Below are positions 59,218 through 64,000 of a DNA stretch of 64,000 bases, piece by piece. Source of the DNA: Macrostomum lignano (Eukaryota). Position numbers and translations under genes: made by a program. The stretch lies in the NCBI GenBank assembly GCA_002269645.1, contig NIVC01002291.1:1-64000 (forward strand), read 5' to 3'. Positions within the stretch are counted from its first letter, which is position 1; each line of letters opens with the position of its first letter. The notes under the pieces are model-generated. The model made no database searches and had not been told where the DNA came from. It saw nothing but the letters and a program-made list of their open reading frames with translations.

Positions 59218-62200
59218 GCCACGCATCTCGTAGGAGCTGCTGGTGGTCGTTCCATACACTACGTTTTTGCTGCCGACAATCTGCTGTTGCTGTGAGTAGC
59301 CCGAACCGCGTACTGGAAGAAACCGCGGTGTTTAACCGTGTTTTCTTTGACTTTTCTATCTGGGCTCGGCGTTGTGAAAATTTGGGCGCGGTCTGAGGCA
59401 GAGGGGCCCCCGGATGTGGGTGGCTGTTCGGGGGAGGTGGCTGTGGGGGGGCTGTGGGGGTGGCTGTGGGGGGAGGTGGCTGCGGAGTTGGCTGTGGGGG
59501 GAGGTGGCTGTGGAGGGGGTTTGGCTGTGGGGGAAGGTGGCTGCGGAGGTGGCTGTGGGGGAGGTGACTGTGAGGGAGGTGGCTTTGTGGGGAGGAGGTA
59601 GTCGTGTAAATAAATATAATCTAAAGTGCATAAAGTTTACGATAGTTTAACAATCTGTCGAATAGGTCATAAATGCAGCGAAGAAGGCACATGAATTAAT
59701 TGGTTGCATAGAAAATCAATAAATAAAAATGTGTTTATTTATTAAATCAATGAAACATAAAAAATAAATGGTTTCAAGCTACATATAATATTGCAGGTCT
59801 GATTTTAACGATACAAACATTACTCATGTGTCAAGCATGTATAGGTCATACATATTGTGTAAGGCATGCAGTCACTATGATGTGTACGTTTAGCACAGTG
59901 CAACTGGCTTTAGAGAAGTTCAATCTCATACGTACGTCCCTCGAAATCTCTCTACGAGCGACTCTTCTACAAGTAGTAGAAGTTTCACTGCAAAAAGGTT
60001 AATCCCGTGCACGCTACTATGGCAGTAGTCTATACTGCATTTTACAAGGCTTACCGATAAATGACGACGTGTCAGATGTGGTGGTGGCATAAAAAGGGGG
60101 AATTTAAAACTGCGACACTGAAATGGCGGCGCAGTGTGCTGTGTGTGTGTGTGTACATCCTACTTCAAGTAGCATAGTAGAGTTCATCCCACACAGAGTA
60201 GCTCCTCAGAAACCCAGCGGGAGAGGCAGAGTTAATAAATTATTGATTTTTACCCAGCCCAAACTCCCCTTATATCCGCCACTAATCTCAGTTTGGATAA
60301 TTGATAGGAATGGCATGAGTTTCCCTGTGTCCCCTGCCCCCGGATAGTTTCGTATTAAATGAAAGAGCGGTGACCCCAAGGGGTTATTCCAATTACAATT
60401 GGTTCCCGCGGGATGAACTCCTTTCTCTAGCCTCGACGTCAAACTAGAATGATGTTTTTTCAGTAGCTTTTCAGTCCTGTTTGCCTTCTCCAATTACTGA
60501 CTAGGCTGTTGGCTTGAGCAAAGGCGGGCAAAACCCCGGCATGGAGCAGCGTATGACATAAAAGTATCGAATTGAATATGAATGAAAATTGAAACAATGT
60601 CTTGAGCGGAAGGAACAAAGAGCTGATTTAAGGAGAAACAACAAATCTAAATAAATATTAAAACAAAGAGTTGAATAATCCAAGAACAGAGACTTGAATT
60701 GTCCAAGAACAAAGAGTTAAACAAAGAGACTATCTTAGAAAAAAGACTTGAATAATCGGATTGTTTAAGAACGAAGAAGAGTTGGATGGGTAAGGAACAA
60801 AGAGCTCAATAAGAATGCAACAAAGATATAAAATAAAGCCGTCAGACTCACTCTCCTGCTGCTCGGAGCGGCGTTCCACCCGCTGCTCCATGGACACCGT
60901 GGGCTTCTCGGTGTTCCGGAAGCTGCTTTGCCGGCTGATGCTATCAATTTTCTCCAGGGCGATGCCTTCAGCATCAAGAAGCTTCTTGTAGGCGGCGATT
61001 TCCAACTCGAGGCTGATCTTGGCGTCCAGCAGAGCCTGGAGCTCGTTGAGAACTCGTCGCAGGTCGGCCTCGGTGCCGGTAAGCTCTTTCTCAAGCCGCT
61101 CCTGCTCCTCGGCGTGTCGGCGGCGTTCGGATTCGCTCTCGCGCTGGATGTCCTCCAACATGCGCTCCAGGGTGTCGTTCTGCGGGCATTGGATAGTTTG
61201 TGGGGCAAGCAGTCATGCGCATTATCTCTGATTCTCTCACCTATCAGTAATTAGTGGTTTCTGATTCTCTCACCTATCAGTAATTAGTGGTTTCTGATTC
61301 TTTCGCCTATCAGTAATTAGTGGTTTTTGATTATCTCACCTATCAGTAATTAGTGGTTTCTGATTCTCTCACCTATCAGTAATTAGTGGTTTCTGATTCT
61401 CTCACCTATCAGTAATTAGTGGTTTCTGATTCTCTCACCCTTCAGTAATTAATTGCCTCTCATCCGCTCACTAATCAGCAATTACGACAGATGTGACAGT
61501 AACTCATGTGGCATCTCCGCTAGAGGTGTGAGAATTCAAAGAGCATTTTTGAGCGCAGCCTCACCCGAGCCTGCAAGTCTGCAATCTTCTTTCGCAGTTC
61601 TGCCATGGTATCCTTGATCTTCTTGTTCTCCTCTTTGAAGTAGGCCGACTCCGAGGTGCCGTGGTTCTGGTTCTTGGCCAGATCGCGGAACTATAATGAC
61701 AGATGAATGAATGAATGTGCTGGCGCATGACTACAATATTTTTAGCATTAAAAAGCTGTCATTAAGATGTCAAACAAGAACAATAGTAGAATGGATTTAA
61801 GAACAGAAATTTGCAAAAACAAAAACCCAGAACTGCTTTGCAGGGCGAGCGGTGACAGACACACAAGCTCTGCGATTGCGTTGCGTGAGGTCGCATCTTA
61901 GTGGTCTACAGAGGGAAATCGTCCAAAATCACGTAAAATTCACATCTGGCATCCCATTAGTTCCGCTGCAGTTTAAAAAGCACTGTTCTTTGGGGATCTT
62001 TTATGCTATGCAATATCATTTGTGCGGAGAGGTAGGTTCGTAAAAAATAAATAGGGACAAAATAAATACTCTCCATTGTTATAATGGGATCTAAAAAAAC
62101 TGGTTTAGTCTGGTTTGATCAAAGCTTTACTAACTCACCTCTCGATACTGTCAGGAAGGAGATGTGAGTACAGTAAGTCAGTTTGCATGGAGAAACATGA

Positions 62201-63375
62201 AAGTCTCAGAGTCAGGTGAGCCCTCCAAGGACTCTGGCTCACCTTGTTCATGTAGATGGCCTCCAGCTCGACGCGGACGGTGTCCACCTTATCGTCGTAC
62301 TCCTTCTGGATCTCGTGGATGGCTTGGCCCAGCTCCGTCTTCCAGAATTCGCGGCTGTCGTCTTCGTCTCGTTTGATGAGCACGTACAGCTCCTTCAGCT
62401 CCTGCGGCGGGGCGATGGGGGTTGAGATTCGGCTTCAGTCCCACCTGTGGCGTGATTATCTCTCTTCCCCTTCACTCTACCCTCAACTCTACCCTCAACT
62501 CTCCTTCTCCTCTCCCTTGTCCCCTCCCTCCCTTTCTCCCTTCTTCCCTCCCTCTTCCTCTCCCCTCTCTCTCGTTCTCGCCTCTCCTTTCTCCCCTCCC
62601 TCTCTTTCTCCCCTTGCTCTCCTCCCCCTCCTTTCTCCTTCCCTCTCCATCTCCCCTCTCCCTTGTCCCCTCCTTTCTCCCCTCCCTCTCCTGCATTAAA
62701 CTAAGGGGACAGAGCAGTGTTGGGCTATTCAGAGTACAGTAGTAGTACAGTACAGAGTACAGGGCTTGTAGCCTAGTGGTCAGAGCGTCGGACTCACGAC
62801 TTGAAGGTCGGGGGTTCGATTCCCGATCCCACTGGAACAATTTGTGTCCTTGAGCAAGACACTTAACTCTGCATTGCTTCAGTTCACCCAGCTGTAAAAT
62901 GGGTGCCAGCATTAGCTGGGGTAATTGAGGGTGTGTGTGGCGACCACCCAGTCCTTGGACTGAACAGCCGTACGCAGCCTTCAGATGCGCCGCGCAATAG
63001 CTGTGGCTGAGCTGTCGGTTGCACATCTGGCCCAATTGGGGCAGGTGTAATAAAAAAAAGTACAGTACTCCATGCATCTGCTGCTATCGCACCTGATCGT
63101 GCACCCGCTTCAAGAACTCGAGCTCCTCCCGCAGCGTCTGGTTCTCAGTCTGGGCGCCGATACGGGCCGCCGTCTCCGCGTCCAGATCCGTGTGCAGTCT
63201 GGCGATGTCGTCTTTCATCTTGATCAGCTGCTGCTTCACCCGGCCTTTCTCGTCCTCCAGATGGGCGAGACGGCGACGCAGCAGGGCGATCTCGCCGTCC
63301 CGGTCGGCCAGCTCGTGGTTGAGCCTGTCAATCTTCTCGTTGCAATGCTCGTTCTGGTTGTTGGAATCGTTCAGC
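55256..63375 (-). CDS. cytoplasmic intermediate filament protein with lamin-tail domain (protostome long-coil type); 5' end outside window
   Basis: Exons (5' to 3'): 63375-63093, 62401-62243, 61690-61565, 61179-60852, 57175-57033, 56135-55869, 55303-55256 (ERAMHLQKTVFSKPK*); phases consistent. Rod-end motif LLDAKISLELEIAAYKKLLDAE; LTD motifs KGNVCIDECSQDGACVKLRN, LSGWRIRRTVDG, VRLWA, TVLLNEEGQERA. Confidence 0.93.
56225..56990. repeat. intronic satellite, 16-bp unit CTG(T/C)CTGTCTCACCA(T/C), ~47 copies
   Basis: Direct inspection. Confidence 0.95.
58135..58735. repeat. intronic minisatellite, ~31-36-bp unit GGGCAGGGAGTGAG(CTG/G)TGGCTGCGAGACTGAT(AA/T)G
   Basis: Direct inspection. Confidence 0.93.
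59062..59312 (-). CDS. candidate alternative terminal exon of the IF gene (Gly/Ser/Gln-rich tail ending in a stop)
   Basis: TTCTTCCAG| acceptor in phase 1, matching the donor at 60852; reads IRGSGYSQQQQIVGSKNVVYGTTTSSSYEMRG(n)...VYSTPSGTNI*; no convincing phase-1 donor found. Confidence 0.6.
59420..59600. repeat. G-rich degenerate repeat (GGGGGAGGTGGCTGT)n
   Basis: Direct inspection. Confidence 0.8.
61226..61455. repeat. intronic minisatellite, 33-bp unit CTGATTCTCTCACCTATCAGTAATTAGTGGTTT, ~7 copies
   Basis: Direct inspection. Confidence 0.92.
62139..62147 (-). CDS. candidate 9-nt microexon (Tyr-Arg-Glu) in the IF gene
   Basis: CTCACATCTCCTTCCTGACAG|TATCGAGAG|GTGAGTTAG, frame-preserving between two phase-0 junctions. 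Confidence 0.5.
62761..63059 (+). mobile_element. tRNA-derived SINE, copy 2 (antisense in IF intron)
   Basis: A box TAGCCTAGTGG, B box GGTTCGATTCC, GTGTCCTTGAGCAAGACACTTAAC core, TAATAAAAAAAA tail; near-identical to 6652-6942. Confidence 0.9.
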
Positions 63376-63384
63376 CTGGGCGGG

Positions 63385-64000
63385 TGGGTTTGGGGTGGGT
63401 TCTGTTTGGGGTGGGTTCTGTTTGGGGTGGGTTCTGTTTGGGGTGGGTTCTGTTTGGGGTGGGTTCTGTTTGGGGTGGGTTATGTTTGTGGTGGGTTCTG
63501 TTTGGGGTGGGTTCTGTTTGGGATGGGTTCTGTTTGAGATGGGTTCTGTTTGGGGTGGGTTCTGTTTGGGATGGGTTCTGTTTGGGGTGGGTTCTGTTTG
63601 GGGTGGGTTCTGTTTGGGGTGGGTTCTGTTTGGGGTGGGTTCTGTTTGGGTGGGTTTCTGTTTGGGATGGGTTCTGTTTGGGGTGGGTTCTGTTTGGGGT
63701 GGGTTCTGTTTGGGGTGGGTTCTGTTTGTGGTGGGTTCTGTTTGGGATGGGTTATGTTTGTGGTGGGTTCTGTTTGGGGTGGGTTCTGTTTGGGATGGGT
63801 TCTGTTTGAGATGGGTTCTGTTTGGGGTGGGTTCTGTTTGGGGTGGGTTCTGTTTGGGGTGGGTTCTGTTTGGGGTGGGTTCTGTTTGGAGTGGGTTCTG
63901 TTTGGGTGGGTTCTGTTTGGGATGGGTTCTGTTTGGGATGGGTTCTGTTTGGGGTGGGTTCTGTTTGGGGTGGGTTCTGTTTGGGGTGGGTTCTGTTTGG
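63385..64000. repeat. intronic satellite, 16-bp unit GGGGTGGGTTCTGTTT, runs off the window
   Basis: Direct inspection. Confidence 0.96.

Overview
Animal (eukaryotic) genomic DNA, not prokaryotic: spliceosomal GT-AG genes with GC-rich exons and introns filled with minisatellites. This style resembles the flatworm Macrostomum (inference only). Left to right: (1) the 3' part of a large secreted TSP1/TIL/vWC/cystine-knot gene of the SCO-spondin/mucin/adhesive type (+, 1-8539), with a Pro/Thr-rich exon carrying a repeated RIRGTAAPD motif and four 1-nt indels; (2) a possible ~99-aa orphan gene (-); (3) a complete 10-exon PHTF gene (-, 16794-27613); (4) an AT-rich intergenic region with several MITE-like elements; (5) a synaptobrevin/VAMP gene (+, 37376-42579) with a GC-AG intron and two same-length alternative exons for the C-terminal half of the SNARE motif; (6) a ~2.2-2.4 kb cassette holding the last two VAMP exons plus the last exon of the convergent intermediate-filament gene, present in four tandem copies bounded by one 28-bp minisatellite family; (7) an apparently intact 5016-bp P-superfamily (THAP) DNA transposon with TIRs and an 8-bp TSD between cassette copies 2 and 3; (8) the 3' part of a lamin-tail-domain cytoplasmic intermediate filament gene (-, 55256 to beyond the window) with a candidate 9-nt microexon and a candidate alternative terminal exon. 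Most long ORFs in the supplied track are translations of satellites. All exon coordinates were derived by hand from splice signals, phase matching and family similarity recalled from memory; no database search was run.
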